Numbered from the stretch's first letter, positions 45,152 to 56,633 are shown. The stretch: 64,000 bases of DNA from Rickettsiales bacterium (GCA_013214525.1 JABSSG010000014.1:33232-97231); one strand, 5' to 3'. Translations and numbers: made by a program. The notes: generated by a model from the sequence alone, not told the origin.

Positions 45152-46165
45152 ATGTTAAGAATTTTAGGAATAGAAACAAGTTGTGATGAAAGTTCAGTTG
45201 CTGTTGTTTGTGAAAATAAGGAAGTTTTATTTCATAAAACTATTTCTCAAACAAAGACACATTTAGAATATGGCGGTGTAGTTCCTGAGGTAGCTTCAAG
45301 AAATCATTTGAAAAATTTGGATATTATTTTAGATGATTTGATTGCTTCAGGTTTTGACTTGAAGGATATAGATGCAATTGCTGTTACAGCATGCCCAGGA
45401 TTAATAGGAGGATTAATAGTAGGGGTGATGTATGCTAAAGCACTTGCTGCTACATTGAACAAACCAATATTAGCCGTTAATCATTTAGCAGGTCATGCTT
45501 TAACAATTAGGTTAACAGATGATGTACCATATCCCTTCCTTACATTGCTTGTTTCAGGTGGTAATAGTCAATTCTTGATTGTTAGAGATGTAGATAAATA
45601 TGTAAAGCTTGGGGAAACAGTTGATGATGCTTTAGGTGAGGCATTTGATAAAGTTGCACGGATGCTTGGTCTTAAATATCCAGGTGGGCCAGAGATTGAA
45701 AAAAGAGCAAAATTAGGAAATGAGGATAAATATGATTTTGCAAAACCTATGTGGAATTCTGGGAATTGTAATTTATCTCTTGCAGGATTAAAAACAGATA
45801 TTACTAGAAAAATGCAATCATTAGATAATATTGGAGAAAAAGAGATTAATGATATTTGTGCTTCTTTTCAGAAAACAGTTATAGAGGTTCTCAAAAGAAA
45901 ATTATCTATTGCTTTTGATTTATTTAAATCCAAAACACAACAATCTTGTAAAATTTTTGTGCTTTCAGGTGGAGTAGCAGCTAACAAATATCTTTGTCAA
46001 CATCTTGATATATTTTGTAAAACTCATGATATAAAATTTTTAGTTCCACCTAAGTCATTATGTGGTGACAATGCTGTAATGATAGCGTGGGTTGGTGTTG
46101 AGAGATATAAAAAAGGACTATTTGATAGTTTAGATTTTTGTCCGCAAGCCAAAGCTGAGTTATAA
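45152..46165 (+). CDS. tsaD: tRNA N6-adenosine threonylcarbamoyltransferase
   Basis: 337 aa. ILGIETSCDESSVAV, NHLAGHAL, LSGGVAANKYL. Confidence 0.9.
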   Translation: MLRILGIETSCDESSVAVVCENKEVLFHKTISQTKTHLEYGGVVPEVASRNHLKNLDIILDDLIASGFDLKDIDAIAVTACPGLIGGLIVGVMYAKALAATLNKPILAVNHLAGHALTIRLTDDVPYPFLTLLVSGGNSQFLIVRDVDKYVKLGETVDDALGEAFDKVARMLGLKYPGGPEIEKRAKLGNEDKYDFAKPMWNSGNCNLSLAGLKTDITRKMQSLDNIGEKEINDICASFQKTVIEVLKRKLSIAFDLFKSKTQQSCKIFVLSGGVAANKYLCQHLDIFCKTHDIKFLVPPKSLCGDNAVMIAWVGVERYKKGLFDSLDFCPQAKAEL

Positions 46166-46174
46166 CGCACTCAA

Positions 46175-47905
46175 TTATAGATTAAAATTTTCATCTATAT
46201 GAGGTAGTATATAGTCCTCCCAAAATTTATTCATTTTGCTGCAACTATCGATGATGTCTTGTGGTATATCCATAAATTCATTTTGTGTCGCTAATTCTAT
46301 GCATCTTACAACAGGCTCAGCTTCAAAATCAATACCTTTCCTATGAACTAAATCAGCTGCTCTTGATAAAAAATATGTTTGTGCTTCATTCAAGCCTAAT
46401 TTTTTTATCATTTTTGGCAAATATTTAGTAGTTAAAAGTTCTCTAATGTGATCTAACATGCCAGAAGTAAGCCATTTATCTGTTTCTGTTGTTTGAGCAT
46501 CAACTGTTTCATTAATAGGTTTTGGGTATGCATTAGTATGTTTAAGTTGATTTATTAAATCAGCTTGGTCTTTGATTACTTTATCTTTATGTTTAATTCT
46601 TTCATTCATAGTATCTATTATGCCTATAACCATAATATCATGTGGTAAATCATCTGCAAACTCAGGGAATGTCATAATGCTTGTTATAGTATTGTGCAAG
46701 AATGTATCGTCATCTAGTGGTATGTTAAAGGTTTCTAATTTTCTTGTTGGATCTGCAAATAAAATGCTAATAATTGGATGAGAAGTTGCTATATATGTAG
46801 CCAAATCTTGTGCTATATATGGTTCATATTCTTGTACTTGTTCTGTAATCTGTAAAAGATCTGCTGTTTTAAATAATATATCTTTTGTAGCATCGTTATA
46901 TGCTTTTATGAATTCTGATATTCGCACATCAAAACATCTATTGAGTGTGTAGCTTGTGCAACCATAGAATTCCTCTTTTGATTTTATGTTCTTCCATTCT
47001 CCTACATATTGAAGTTTGGGGTCTTCATCATTCAGGCTATGGCAAATATTATTGGGAAGTGTATAAAAACGAAATATAGTTTGAATTATGTAATGTGCTA
47101 TTTCATGTGCAGTAATTGTTTCTGCAGGTATATATTTATTTGCTAAATTTATTGTAATTGAGTTTTTTTCAATATGAAAATGCGACAATGGTGATTTATT
47201 GTTTATAAAAAATATCATTACATCATCTCCGTCTATAATATTTTTATTTAGCTGTGATATAATGGTTCTACCTATTGTATTTACGTTATAAATTGTTTGG
47301 TATATGTGTAATGCTTGATCAAGATTTATTGTAGTTGAATATGTATGGCTTAAAATAGGTCCAAATTCTCCGGTAGGACATGTATCTTGAGGTAAGAACT
47401 GATTGATATCTTCTTTTACTTCGTTATTGATAAGTTTCAATTCAGTTTTTGAACTAAATGCTTTTAAATTTTCAATCGTATGTTTGTTTAAAAATTTTTT
47501 AATTTCATAGAAAGATAGAAGTTCTATATTATAGGTGTCTCTGTAAGAAAGCGTAAAATTTTTAGATAATTTCCATTCTAAAGTATATAAAACTATATTT
47601 GCTACTTGTTTCTGATCATTGTAATAATTGCAATCATGTCTGTTTCCGTTTGGAAAAAACCATGGTATATGATCAAATGCTGTAAGTTCGCTTTCTGTAT
47701 TTGTGAAATTTGTATTCTGAAATACTATTTTTACGGCTTCTAAATCTAAATGTACTCCCGTGTCTCTTAATCCTATAAATCTAGCGTAAGTATGAGTTTT
47801 ACAAATATCTTTTAAAGTTGGGTAGTCTTGTAATTTGATAGCTTGTGATGCCAATTGTTCTAGAGTTCCTTCTTTATAATATTTGTATAATGTGTTTACA
47901 GTCAT
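46175..47905 (-). CDS. Hypothetical 576-aa protein with a single HExxH motif
   Basis: Long uninterrupted ORF with no signal peptide or TM. The only motif I recognise is TAHEIAHYI (HExxH), with acidic residues downstream (NDEDP, GEW). No family assignment is possible by eye. Confidence 0.5.
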   Translation of the reverse strand: MTVNTLYKYYKEGTLEQLASQAIKLQDYPTLKDICKTHTYARFIGLRDTGVHLDLEAVKIVFQNTNFTNTESELTAFDHIPWFFPNGNRHDCNYYNDQKQVANIVLYTLEWKLSKNFTLSYRDTYNIELLSFYEIKKFLNKHTIENLKAFSSKTELKLINNEVKEDINQFLPQDTCPTGEFGPILSHTYSTTINLDQALHIYQTIYNVNTIGRTIISQLNKNIIDGDDVMIFFINNKSPLSHFHIEKNSITINLANKYIPAETITAHEIAHYIIQTIFRFYTLPNNICHSLNDEDPKLQYVGEWKNIKSKEEFYGCTSYTLNRCFDVRISEFIKAYNDATKDILFKTADLLQITEQVQEYEPYIAQDLATYIATSHPIISILFADPTRKLETFNIPLDDDTFLHNTITSIMTFPEFADDLPHDIMVIGIIDTMNERIKHKDKVIKDQADLINQLKHTNAYPKPINETVDAQTTETDKWLTSGMLDHIRELLTTKYLPKMIKKLGLNEAQTYFLSRAADLVHRKGIDFEAEPVVRCIELATQNEFMDIPQDIIDSCSKMNKFWEDYILPHIDENFNL

Positions 47906-47998
47906 ATTGATTTATTATTAATTTATAGAAACACCATAGAAGAAAAGTTAAACCACTTCAACTGTAAAATGACAAAATAAATAGGTGACTATTTTGAT

Positions 47999-49054
47999 TT
48001 ATAATTCTTCATGAAGATTTAGTTCTATATTTTGACCTGTTAACTCTGATAACTTCATTTCAATAAATTTCGTATTTACTATTTCTCCTTCTTTATTAAA
48101 ATATACGTTGGATTTGTAGTTTTCACATGTAATAGTTAGTACTTCATTCTGTGCTAATGTAAGAGATGGATCAGTATTACAAGCTGTTCTTATCATTTCA
48201 CGCATGGAATTTAATGCACCTCCTAAGTTCTCGCATAAAGTTTTTTGATCCTGATATGTAAAGGATGGATCTGCGTTAGCGAGCATTATATTTGTGCTAT
48301 CTGAGGCACATAGTCTAAAGGAAGATAAATTTATTTGTAGTGACTCTATGATATCTTGTTCTATAAACTTAAAATATTGGTTTGCAATTTCATCAAAGTT
48401 CTTAATATTATGCGGATTATAAGTTAACTCTGGGCAACCCATAGCACCAGAGTTGCGTAGTAGATATGCTACTGTACTCTTAGTTATGATATATACGTTG
48501 TCACCGTGGTCTTCCAGCAGTGGTAGTGTAAAAAAACTATCACCAGTGGTGTTGGTGACCTGCATAATAACATATTTTTTAAAATATTGTTGATATCCTG
48601 TTTCATAGCTATCCTGTCTTGTAAAAACAGATCTATGATCACGTGAAGATGTAGTATCGATTATAGTTTGAAAAACTTCTAAGTATGATATATTGCCTAA
48701 GTTAGACAATCCTGAGTCTGATGCAAAAATACCAATAAATTTCATATTATTGAAATCAAAACTATCATCATGTATTTTATCTAGAATTTTCTCATAAGCT
48801 TCATAATAATTATGGTTTGTTGGCATTAATATACCTTGATTACTATATGCATTGGTGATTCCAAATATATATTCTGCTGGAGGTATTTTAGTGGTAGAAG
48901 TCAGAGGTAAATAAGAGACGGGACATGGAATACAATTTTTATATTTTATAATCACATTATATTTTTTTGCTGCTGGAGCAATAGGAGTATTTGATAAGTC
49001 CATATTTAGGCTATCAGGGGTTGCTAATATAACGTCACATATTATTTTAAACAT
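47999..49054 (-). CDS. Hypothetical 351-aa protein
   Basis: Uninterrupted ORF co-directional with, and 93 nt upstream of, the 576-aa ORF. No signal peptide, TM or recognisable motif. Confidence 0.45.
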   Translation of the reverse strand: MFKIICDVILATPDSLNMDLSNTPIAPAAKKYNVIIKYKNCIPCPVSYLPLTSTTKIPPAEYIFGITNAYSNQGILMPTNHNYYEAYEKILDKIHDDSFDFNNMKFIGIFASDSGLSNLGNISYLEVFQTIIDTTSSRDHRSVFTRQDSYETGYQQYFKKYVIMQVTNTTGDSFFTLPLLEDHGDNVYIITKSTVAYLLRNSGAMGCPELTYNPHNIKNFDEIANQYFKFIEQDIIESLQINLSSFRLCASDSTNIMLANADPSFTYQDQKTLCENLGGALNSMREMIRTACNTDPSLTLAQNEVLTITCENYKSNVYFNKEGEIVNTKFIEMKLSELTGQNIELNLHEEL

Positions 49055-49132
49055 TTTTAAGTTTTCTATTAATAGTTGATAAAATTACACTATAAGGAAA
49101 TTGCACCAGCAGTCAATAGAAAAGCCAGCAGG

Positions 49133-49771
49133 CTATTTTACTACTCTGGTATTGCTTAAAATATCGTAAATTGTTGTTTTATTTTTTGTGAAGAAGACAG
49201 GAATAAACCATAATAAATAACAACTTATATAGCCGATTAAAATGTTAATACATGATTGAGGTATTTTTATTTTAAATTGTAGTAAATGGAAGCTTACATT
49301 TATTATGGTTAAACAGCGTGGATAAATAGCAAAAACGAGGAAATAAAAAAATAAAGCAGGTGTAATAAAGAAAAGAGTTCTTTTGGTGGCTTTTAAAAAT
49401 GATAATCTTTTTTTTGCGATAGTTTTTACTTTTAATCCAAGAAGCTTTTTACCAATAGTTGCTTGTGATTTAGATCTTTCAAAATAAATAAAATATAAAA
49501 GTATTATTATACTATAAATAATAATACCTTCTTTTAGGTGTGTTAAGTAGAAGGCAATTGTTGTGACTAACTTATATAAGTAAGATATTTGATATCTTGG
49601 TAGGAGTTCAGTGGCTGTTTCTAGGAAGGCCTTTGTAGATTCCCATATTATATTTGAAGGGTCTCTAAATAATTGTGTGAATAACAATACTACTATAAAT
49701 GAGAGTATTGTTAAAATTATATAATCTATACAAAAGGCTATGAATCGTTTAAGTAGTGATGCTGGTTTCAT
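49133..49771 (-). CDS. RDD-family-like integral membrane protein
   Basis: 212 aa. N-terminus LLKRFIAFCIDYIILTILSF is typical of the RDD domain. Several TM helices, and YDILSNTRVV near the C-terminus. Confidence 0.5.
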   Translation of the reverse strand: MKPASLLKRFIAFCIDYIILTILSFIVVLLFTQLFRDPSNIIWESTKAFLETATELLPRYQISYLYKLVTTIAFYLTHLKEGIIIYSIIILLYFIYFERSKSQATIGKKLLGLKVKTIAKKRLSFLKATKRTLFFITPALFFYFLVFAIYPRCLTIINVSFHLLQFKIKIPQSCINILIGYISCYLLWFIPVFFTKNKTTIYDILSNTRVVK

Positions 49772-49886
49772 ACATTTTTACTAGTATTTCTAGTTCATAA
49801 TTAGAGTTATAAATAAATCTTACTTTAAATTATAACTTAATCAATTTTCTAGCAAAAGAATGTATTAGAAATTTTATTAGAAAAAA

Positions 49887-50711
49887 CTATTTTTTCTTAG
49901 GAACTATCTCTATTTTTGCATTCCTAGTTAATTCAGAAATGTACTGTTGTATTAGACCTCTTTTTACTTGCTGTTCAATTTCTTTTTTGATTTTATTAAA
50001 AGCTGGGATTTTTCTTTTTCTAGAATCCAATCGTTGAATTATATGCCAGCCAAAATTTGTTTTTACAGGAGCAGAAATTGATCCCTTCTTTAGATTATAT
50101 GCTGTATTTTCAAATTCTGGTACAGTCTGTCCTGGCGAAATAAATCCTAATTCTCCTCCTTTATCTTTACTAGCTGGATCTATAGAATATTTTTTTGCAG
50201 CTTCTCCAAGACTGATTTTACCTGCTTTTATTTCAGCTAATATTTTGTTAGCCTCTGCTTCTGTTTTTAATAAGATATGACTTATTTTTAATTCATCTTT
50301 TTCTTTTAACTGATCAACATATTGATTGTAAGCATCCCTTACCATTAAAGGTGTTGTTTTTTTATTAACATAATTTTCTAAATATGTTTTGACCATAAGT
50401 TGTTTTTTTAGCAAGTTTAACTGCTTTTTATAATTAGAATCTTGGTAAGTTTTTGCAGAGTCTGCAGCATCAGCTAATAATTTTGTTTGTATAAAGCTAT
50501 AAATAAAATGCTCTCTTGCTCTTGCATCATAATCATCGAAATCTTTTTTGTTATCTGGTAGTTTTCCGTAGATTTCCTTAATTTCTCCCACTATTTGTGA
50601 TTTTAAAACATTTTTGTCTTTATATTTTGCTACAATTCTGTCTTTTGCAAAGCATATATTTGAGATAAATACAGGGAGTGCTAGCAGTGCAATAATTCTT
50701 ATTTTAATCAT
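49887..50711 (-). CDS. Parvulin-type peptidyl-prolyl isomerase (SurA/PpiC-like), exported
   Basis: 274 aa. Signal peptide (IIALLALPVFISNICFA); parvulin core ISHILL...GGELGF...FGWHIIQ. It lies next to secA, as the plp gene does in Rickettsia. Confidence 0.8.
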   Translation of the reverse strand: MIKIRIIALLALPVFISNICFAKDRIVAKYKDKNVLKSQIVGEIKEIYGKLPDNKKDFDDYDARAREHFIYSFIQTKLLADAADSAKTYQDSNYKKQLNLLKKQLMVKTYLENYVNKKTTPLMVRDAYNQYVDQLKEKDELKISHILLKTEAEANKILAEIKAGKISLGEAAKKYSIDPASKDKGGELGFISPGQTVPEFENTAYNLKKGSISAPVKTNFGWHIIQRLDSRKRKIPAFNKIKKEIEQQVKRGLIQQYISELTRNAKIEIVPKKK

Positions 50712-50756
50712 TTTTAACCTTTTTACTTTAAATGCCGCTTAAAAAATAATATATAT

Positions 50757-50920
50757 ATATACTTATCATACTTGAAAACTCTGGCTTTTAAGTTTGAAAA
50801 TAAAGCTGTTCTCTTCATTGAGAAGCATCTTAAATACCCCTAATAGTCTTGGGTTTTTAAGTTTGATATCATCTATATTTTCTATCTTAAAATCTCTGAA
50901 TTTTAAAGTACGATAGATAT
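50757..50920. repeat. Family-1 palindromic element, full copy D (164 bp)
   Basis: Ends atatacttatcatacttgaaaa and ttttaaagtacgatagatat. The internal sequence is collinear with copy A (tttaagtttgaaaataaag ... tttttaagtttgatatc ... ttttctatcttaaaat). It sits 41 nt upstream of the secA ATG. Confidence 0.75.
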
Positions 50921-50961
50921 AATATGCACTAACATAAGCTTTAGGTAAAGGAAAAAATAAT

Positions 50962-53670
50962 ATGTTCGGGTTTTTATTAAAGAGATTATTTAGCACTGTA
51001 AATGAGCGTTATATAAAAACTTATTCTAAGGTAGTAGAAGAAATAAATTCTTATGAAGGCAAAATTCAAGTTCTTTCTGACAAGGATTTAAAAAATCAAA
51101 CCAATCTTTTAAAAAAAAGGATAAAGCAGGGTGAGAGTTTAGATGAAATATTACCGGAAGCTTTTGCAACGGTAAGAGAAGTAGCTCATAGAATTCTAGG
51201 TCAACGACATTATGATGTACAACTGCTTGGCGGTATAGTTTTGCATAATAAAATGATTGTGGAGATGAAGACGGGTGAAGGAAAAACGCTAACTTCAACT
51301 TTGCCTATATATTTAAATGCCTTAGAAGGTAAAGGTGTTCACATAGTAACTGTTAATGATTATCTAGCCAAAAGAGATGCAGAATGGATGGGTGCTATTT
51401 ATAAATTTCTTGGTTTAACAGTTGGGTACATAACAAATAGTTCTTCTGAAGAGGAAAGAAGAAACGCATATCATAGTGATATTACGTATTCGACAAATAA
51501 TGAGCTGGGGTTTGATTATTTGCGGGATAATATGAGATATTCTCCAGATCATTTTGTACAAAGACCTTTTAATTATGCAATTATTGATGAAGTTGATTCT
51601 ATTTTAATAGATGAGGCAAGAACTCCTCTTGTAATTTCTGGTCCTGCAGAGGATAAATTGGATCTTTATTACACTATAGATAAAATAATTCCTAAATTAG
51701 TTAGCAAAGATTATGAAATTGATGAAAAATCAAAAAATATTTCTTTAACTGATATAGGTATTACTCATGTTGAGAAGTTACTTGAAGAAATGGAGGTAAT
51801 GGAGAAGGGGTCCAGCTTATTTGATATTAAAAATATTTCTGTGTTGCACCACATTAATCAAGCTTTAAAGGCTCATCATTTATTTAAGAATAACATTGAT
51901 TACATAGTGAAAGACAATCAAGTAATGTTGATTGATGAGTTTACGGGACGTATCATGGATGGTAGAAGATTCTCAGAGGGCTTACATCAGGCATTAGAAG
52001 CAAAAGAAAATATGCCAGTGCAAAATGAGACACAAACGCTCGCTTCTATTACATTTCAAAATTATTTTAGATTATATCCAAAACTTAGCGGTATGACTGG
52101 TACTGCAGCAACAGAAGCGTCTGAATTCAAAGATATTTACAATTTGCAAGTAGTATCAATACCAACAAAAAATCCTGTAATACGTGTAGATGAAAATGAT
52201 ATTATATACCGCACCACAGAAGAAAAATATAGAGCTATTATTAAGGAAATAGAAGAAGCCTATAAAAAGAAGCAGCCAATTTTAGTAGGTACAATAAGTA
52301 TTGAAAACTCTGAATATATTTCTAAATGCCTTAAGAAGAAAAATATTAGACATAAAGTCTTAAATGCAAAATATCATGAAAAGGAAGCACAAATTATTGC
52401 TCAAGCAGGCCAACCTAAAGCTGTAACTATTGCTACTAACATGGCAGGCCGTGGAACAGATATAATGTTAGGTGGTAATCCAGAAATGCTTGCTAAATCA
52501 ATTTTGGATACTTCAGATCTTTCAAAACATGAGAAGGAATATAAAAAAATACGAGAGCAAGTTAAAGAGGATAAAGAAATTGCTTTATCTGCAGGAGGGT
52601 TGCTTGTAATAGGTACTGAACGCCATGAAAGCAGACGTATAGACAATCAGTTGCGTGGAAGATCAGGCAGGCTTGGAGATCCAGGGAGAACCATATTTTA
52701 TATTTCTTTGGAGGATGATTTAATGCGTATTTTTGGTTCTGAGAAAATTTCATCTATTCTGAAAACTTTAGGACTGAAAAAAGATGAAGCAATATTTCAT
52801 CCTATGATAAGCAAAACAATTGCTAAAGCACAACAAAAAGTTGAAGCAAGAAATTTTGAAATTAGAAAGAACTTGCTTAAATTTGATGATGTGATGAATG
52901 ATCAAAGGAAAATAATTTACGAACAAAGAAATGATATAATGACAACAAGCGAAGTGTTGCAAGTTGTTAAAGATTTATGTGCTGATTTAAATAAGGAGTA
53001 TATAGATAGCTGTATTAAAGAAGAAAAATTTAAAGAGGAATGGGATGTAGAAGGTTTCACAGGTAAGTTGATGACTGCTTATGGTGCTGACTTTTCAATA
53101 AAAGACTTCATACATAAGAATGATGGGATAGGTATGAAGGAGATAACAGAATATTTAGATAAGAAATCTGATAAGTTTATTGATGATAAAATAAAAACTT
53201 TTGGGGAAGAGGCTTTTAATACAGTGGCAAGACGCATTTTACTGGTTACTATAGATCAACTTTGGAGAGATCATTTGCTTGTGTTAGATCATCTCCGACA
53301 TGGAATATATTTACGTGCTTATGGTCAGAAAGATCCACTGAATGAATATAAACAAGAAGCTTTTACTCATTTTTCTACTATGCTTTCTAATATTAAAGAG
53401 ACTTATGTGTCAAGAATTAGCAGAGTACAGATTACTAATATTGAAGATGAAGAGGATCTATTAGAAGAACCAGAACAAGATCTACAGGTTTTACGTTATG
53501 ATGTAGCTATGTCTGGTGTTGATGAAGGTAATGATGCTAAGGGAACTATTGTTAACAAAGAATTTGACTTAAAAGACCCTACAAGTTGGGGGCAAATTGG
53601 TAGGAATGAACCTTGCCCTTGTAAATCAGGAAAAAAATATAAACGCTGTCATGGTCAGTTGAAATCTTAA
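50962..53670 (+). CDS. secA: Preprotein translocase ATPase SecA
   Basis: 902 aa. MKTGEGKTL, DEVDSILIDEARTPLIISG-like block, TNMAGRGTDI, C-terminal zinc finger CPCKSGKKYKRCHG. Confidence 0.95.
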   Translation: MFGFLLKRLFSTVNERYIKTYSKVVEEINSYEGKIQVLSDKDLKNQTNLLKKRIKQGESLDEILPEAFATVREVAHRILGQRHYDVQLLGGIVLHNKMIVEMKTGEGKTLTSTLPIYLNALEGKGVHIVTVNDYLAKRDAEWMGAIYKFLGLTVGYITNSSSEEERRNAYHSDITYSTNNELGFDYLRDNMRYSPDHFVQRPFNYAIIDEVDSILIDEARTPLVISGPAEDKLDLYYTIDKIIPKLVSKDYEIDEKSKNISLTDIGITHVEKLLEEMEVMEKGSSLFDIKNISVLHHINQALKAHHLFKNNIDYIVKDNQVMLIDEFTGRIMDGRRFSEGLHQALEAKENMPVQNETQTLASITFQNYFRLYPKLSGMTGTAATEASEFKDIYNLQVVSIPTKNPVIRVDENDIIYRTTEEKYRAIIKEIEEAYKKKQPILVGTISIENSEYISKCLKKKNIRHKVLNAKYHEKEAQIIAQAGQPKAVTIATNMAGRGTDIMLGGNPEMLAKSILDTSDLSKHEKEYKKIREQVKEDKEIALSAGGLLVIGTERHESRRIDNQLRGRSGRLGDPGRTIFYISLEDDLMRIFGSEKISSILKTLGLKKDEAIFHPMISKTIAKAQQKVEARNFEIRKNLLKFDDVMNDQRKIIYEQRNDIMTTSEVLQVVKDLCADLNKEYIDSCIKEEKFKEEWDVEGFTGKLMTAYGADFSIKDFIHKNDGIGMKEITEYLDKKSDKFIDDKIKTFGEEAFNTVARRILLVTIDQLWRDHLLVLDHLRHGIYLRAYGQKDPLNEYKQEAFTHFSTMLSNIKETYVSRISRVQITNIEDEEDLLEEPEQDLQVLRYDVAMSGVDEGNDAKGTIVNKEFDLKDPTSWGQIGRNEPCPCKSGKKYKRCHGQLKS

Positions 53671-53708
53671 TTCTAAAAACCTCAATTAGTAATGTTAAAG
53701 TAGGGCTG

Positions 53709-54758
53709 TTATAATGTTGTAAAATCGTTTATTTCACAGTGAGTACTGTTATAATAGAATATATTATACAGCTTCTGTATTGCACTTAATGGTGATATAG
53801 AGTTAGATCTACTATAATTAACTAACTCTAATATTTTAGAAGAAATGTTATATATTTGTTTTTTTAAATTCTCGTTTTTGAAGTATTGATATGTACAATA
53901 CATTAATCCACCACAGTTAATTATTTCATCAGGAATATAAAGAATTCCTTTTTCGTATAAATATTTATCTAAAGATGTGCATGAGAGTTGATTATTAGCA
54001 GCACCACATATTATTTTACACCTCAAGCGTTTAACTGTTGTATGATTTATTACTTGTCCTAATGCACAAGGCACAAAAAAATCACATGGTAAATCATAAA
54101 TTATATCTGGAGCAACATACTTAATTTGTGGATGCTGCATTAAGATATCAAATGCTACCTCTTTTTTAATGTCAGTAATTGTAATATTGTAATTTTTCTT
54201 TAGCAATTTATGCAATAATATATTGCCTACATTACCTATGCCTTGAATTGCTATGTTAACTTTTTTTGTAGGTATTTGAAGAAAGTTATCAGTTAAAATA
54301 TTAATAGTTCTATATATCCCTTCAGCCGTATATTTAGATGGTTCACCTCCAACGATATCATGATTTGTTACATATGATGTTTCTTCTGCGATATAGTTCA
54401 TGTCTTCTTGGGTGATACCACTATCCATAGCGGCAATATATTCACCACCTAGCTTTTCGATAAACCTACCTAAAGCTTGGAAAAACATTTTTCTATTTAT
54501 TATTGTTTGTGGGGTAGCATTTATTACACATTTAGCTCCACATAAATTGATATTATTAAATTTTGACTTATTGTGCATAGCACTTACTAAAGATATCAAG
54601 TCTTGTTTTGCTAGATCTTCATTTAAATATTTTTTTACTCTGCATCCCCCAATTCCTCTATGAGGGTTCTTATTCACTACTCCTATATAAGCATTTAGTC
54701 CAGTTTTGTTATCAAAACAATGGTAGATATTGAGTGGTAACTTATGATTTGGAGTCAT
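53709..54758 (-). CDS. Glu/Leu/Phe/Val dehydrogenase-family enzyme (Leu/Val dehydrogenase-like)
   Basis: 349 aa. HRGIGGCRVKKY (compare GPALGGTRMW), NLCGAKCVI (catalytic Lys of the GGGK motif), Rossmann IQGIGNVGNIL. Its start overlaps the coaX stop by 17 nt. Confidence 0.7.
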   Translation of the reverse strand: MTPNHKLPLNIYHCFDNKTGLNAYIGVVNKNPHRGIGGCRVKKYLNEDLAKQDLISLVSAMHNKSKFNNINLCGAKCVINATPQTIINRKMFFQALGRFIEKLGGEYIAAMDSGITQEDMNYIAEETSYVTNHDIVGGEPSKYTAEGIYRTINILTDNFLQIPTKKVNIAIQGIGNVGNILLHKLLKKNYNITITDIKKEVAFDILMQHPQIKYVAPDIIYDLPCDFFVPCALGQVINHTTVKRLRCKIICGAANNQLSCTSLDKYLYEKGILYIPDEIINCGGLMYCTYQYFKNENLKKQIYNISSKILELVNYSRSNSISPLSAIQKLYNIFYYNSTHCEINDFTTL

Positions 54759-55536
54759 TATTTTTGTTTTGTATTATTAATAAGCCGTGGAGAGTAAGAT
54801 CTGGTTCAGTAACAGTAAATAAATTTTCTTCTTTGAATAGATATGCATATCCTCCAGTCGCAATAATAATAGGTTTAGACTTGTTAAATACAATATCGAG
54901 AAAATGTGCAATCAGTTCTTTCACTGCTCCCAATTGACAGTAATATAAACCAGATTGAATATTTTCTTCTGTTGATCGTCCAAGAGCTTTTTCAGGTTTT
55001 TTTATACTTACTGGCATAAGTTTTGCTGTATTTTTATGTAATGACTCCATAGAAATCTTATATCCAGGCAAGATACTACCTCCTAGGTATTCTTTGTTTT
55101 TAGAGATGCAACATAGAGTAGTTGCCGTTCCAAAATCAATTAATATGATGTTTTTATTTGGAAAATTATGAAGTGCTGCTACTGCGTTAGCAACTCTGTC
55201 TGCTCCGAGTCCTAAAGGATTTTTTATATTCAATTTCAATCCAGTTTTAAGACCAGATCTTAGTTCTAGTGGTACAATATTAAAATACTTTATACATGCA
55301 GCATTTATAGAGTAATTAACGGAAGGAACTACTGAGCAAATTATAATACTTTCTATGGATTTTGTATCCATATTATTTTCACGTAATGTATTTTTTAAAA
55401 ATACCCCAAACTGATCTGAAGTACAATATGGGTGTGTGGGGTAACGAAATTTTAATTTAATTTTTTTATTAATAAAAACCCCACATACAATATGAGTATT
55501 ACCTACGTCTATGCATAATATCATTTCATTCTCCAT
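54742..55536 (-). CDS. coaX: Type III pantothenate kinase
   Basis: 264 aa. [30 protein letters not shown]. Confidence 0.9.
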   Translation of the reverse strand: MENEMILCIDVGNTHIVCGVFINKKIKLKFRYPTHPYCTSDQFGVFLKNTLRENNMDTKSIESIIICSVVPSVNYSINAACIKYFNIVPLELRSGLKTGLKLNIKNPLGLGADRVANAVAALHNFPNKNIILIDFGTATTLCCISKNKEYLGGSILPGYKISMESLHKNTAKLMPVSIKKPEKALGRSTEENIQSGLYYCQLGAVKELIAHFLDIVFNKSKPIIIATGGYAYLFKEENLFTVTEPDLTLHGLLIIQNKNNDSKS

Positions 55537-55861
55537 TTTTTAAATCTATTATTATAGGGTTTATTTTTTCTTCCAGAGGATTAATCAATGCATATGATAT
55601 TATAAAGATTTGATCTTTTAATTCTCCTCTGCGTGCCGTTGCTCCATTTAATCCAAAGATTTTACTATTAGGCTCTCCTTCAATAACATAAGTATCAAAC
55701 CTTTCTCCATTATTAAGATTGACAATTTGCACTTTCTCTCCTGGTACTATATTAGCTTTCTCCATAATATTTTTATCAATTGTAATGCTGCCAGCATAAT
55801 ATAGATTTTTATGAGTAATCGTTGCATAAGAAATCTTAGATTTTAATTTGGTGATTAACAT
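55526..55861 (-). CDS. panD: Aspartate 1-decarboxylase
   Basis: 111 aa. [23 protein letters not shown] contains the self-cleaving Gly-Ser. [17 protein letters not shown]. Confidence 0.9.
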   Translation of the reverse strand: MLITKLKSKISYATITHKNLYYAGSITIDKNIMEKANIVPGEKVQIVNLNNGERFDTYVIEGEPNSKIFGLNGATARRGELKDQIFIISYALINPLEEKINPIIIDLKNGE

Positions 55862-55862
55862 T

Positions 55863-56633
55863 TTATGCCTCTATAATTACGTTATCAATTAACCTAGTAT
55901 GACCAATTTTAACGGCAATGAATATTCTGTTATGAACTTTTTGCAGATACTCAATATCTATTCCTGCATCAAATAATTTACTCTGCATTTCTTCAATATT
56001 CATTTTAATATTATTATGAAATACCTGTGCAAACCTTCTTGCTGTCTTTATTTCTGCATTAGAAAGATTATTATTTCTTGAACTTTTAGGTAATTTATAC
56101 TTGTCTCTTATAGTAGAACAAACAATGATTTTTGTGTCTATGAAGTAATGTTTTGCCATTTCTTTTATCAATACATATTGTTGGTAGTCTTTTTCTCCAA
56201 AATATGCATTATTAGGTTTAGTTAGAAGCAATAATTTTAAAACTATTGTTAGCATACCATTAAAATGTCCTCGTCTAAATTTACCTTCCAGAATTTTTGA
56301 TAATGGATGATCTGATACAATATTAAATTGGTTATTGAGATATAGCTCTTTTTCTAAAGGAATAAATACAAAATCAACTTTTAGATTTTTAAGAAGTTCA
56401 ATATCTTTATCTAGTATTCTGGGATAACTTTCATAATCTTTCTGATCGTTAAATTGGATAGGGTTTACAAAGATACTTACTATATTTATATCATTACGTG
56501 CTATCGACTTTTTTATTAAAGATAAATGACCTTTGTGTAAACACCCCATGGTAGGAACAAAACCAATTTGTGCTTTGAAGCTAATATTTCGTCTAATATT
56601 TATCCATTCTTGTATATTACGTATAATTTTCAT
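55863..56633 (-). CDS. panC: Pantoate-beta-alanine ligase
   Basis: 256 aa. [34 protein letters not shown]. Confidence 0.9.
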   Translation of the reverse strand: MKIIRNIQEWINIRRNISFKAQIGFVPTMGCLHKGHLSLIKKSIARNDINIVSIFVNPIQFNDQKDYESYPRILDKDIELLKNLKVDFVFIPLEKELYLNNQFNIVSDHPLSKILEGKFRRGHFNGMLTIVLKLLLLTKPNNAYFGEKDYQQYVLIKEMAKHYFIDTKIIVCSTIRDKYKLPKSSRNNNLSNAEIKTARRFAQVFHNNIKMNIEEMQSKLFDAGIDIEYLQKVHNRIFIAVKIGHTRLIDNVIIEA

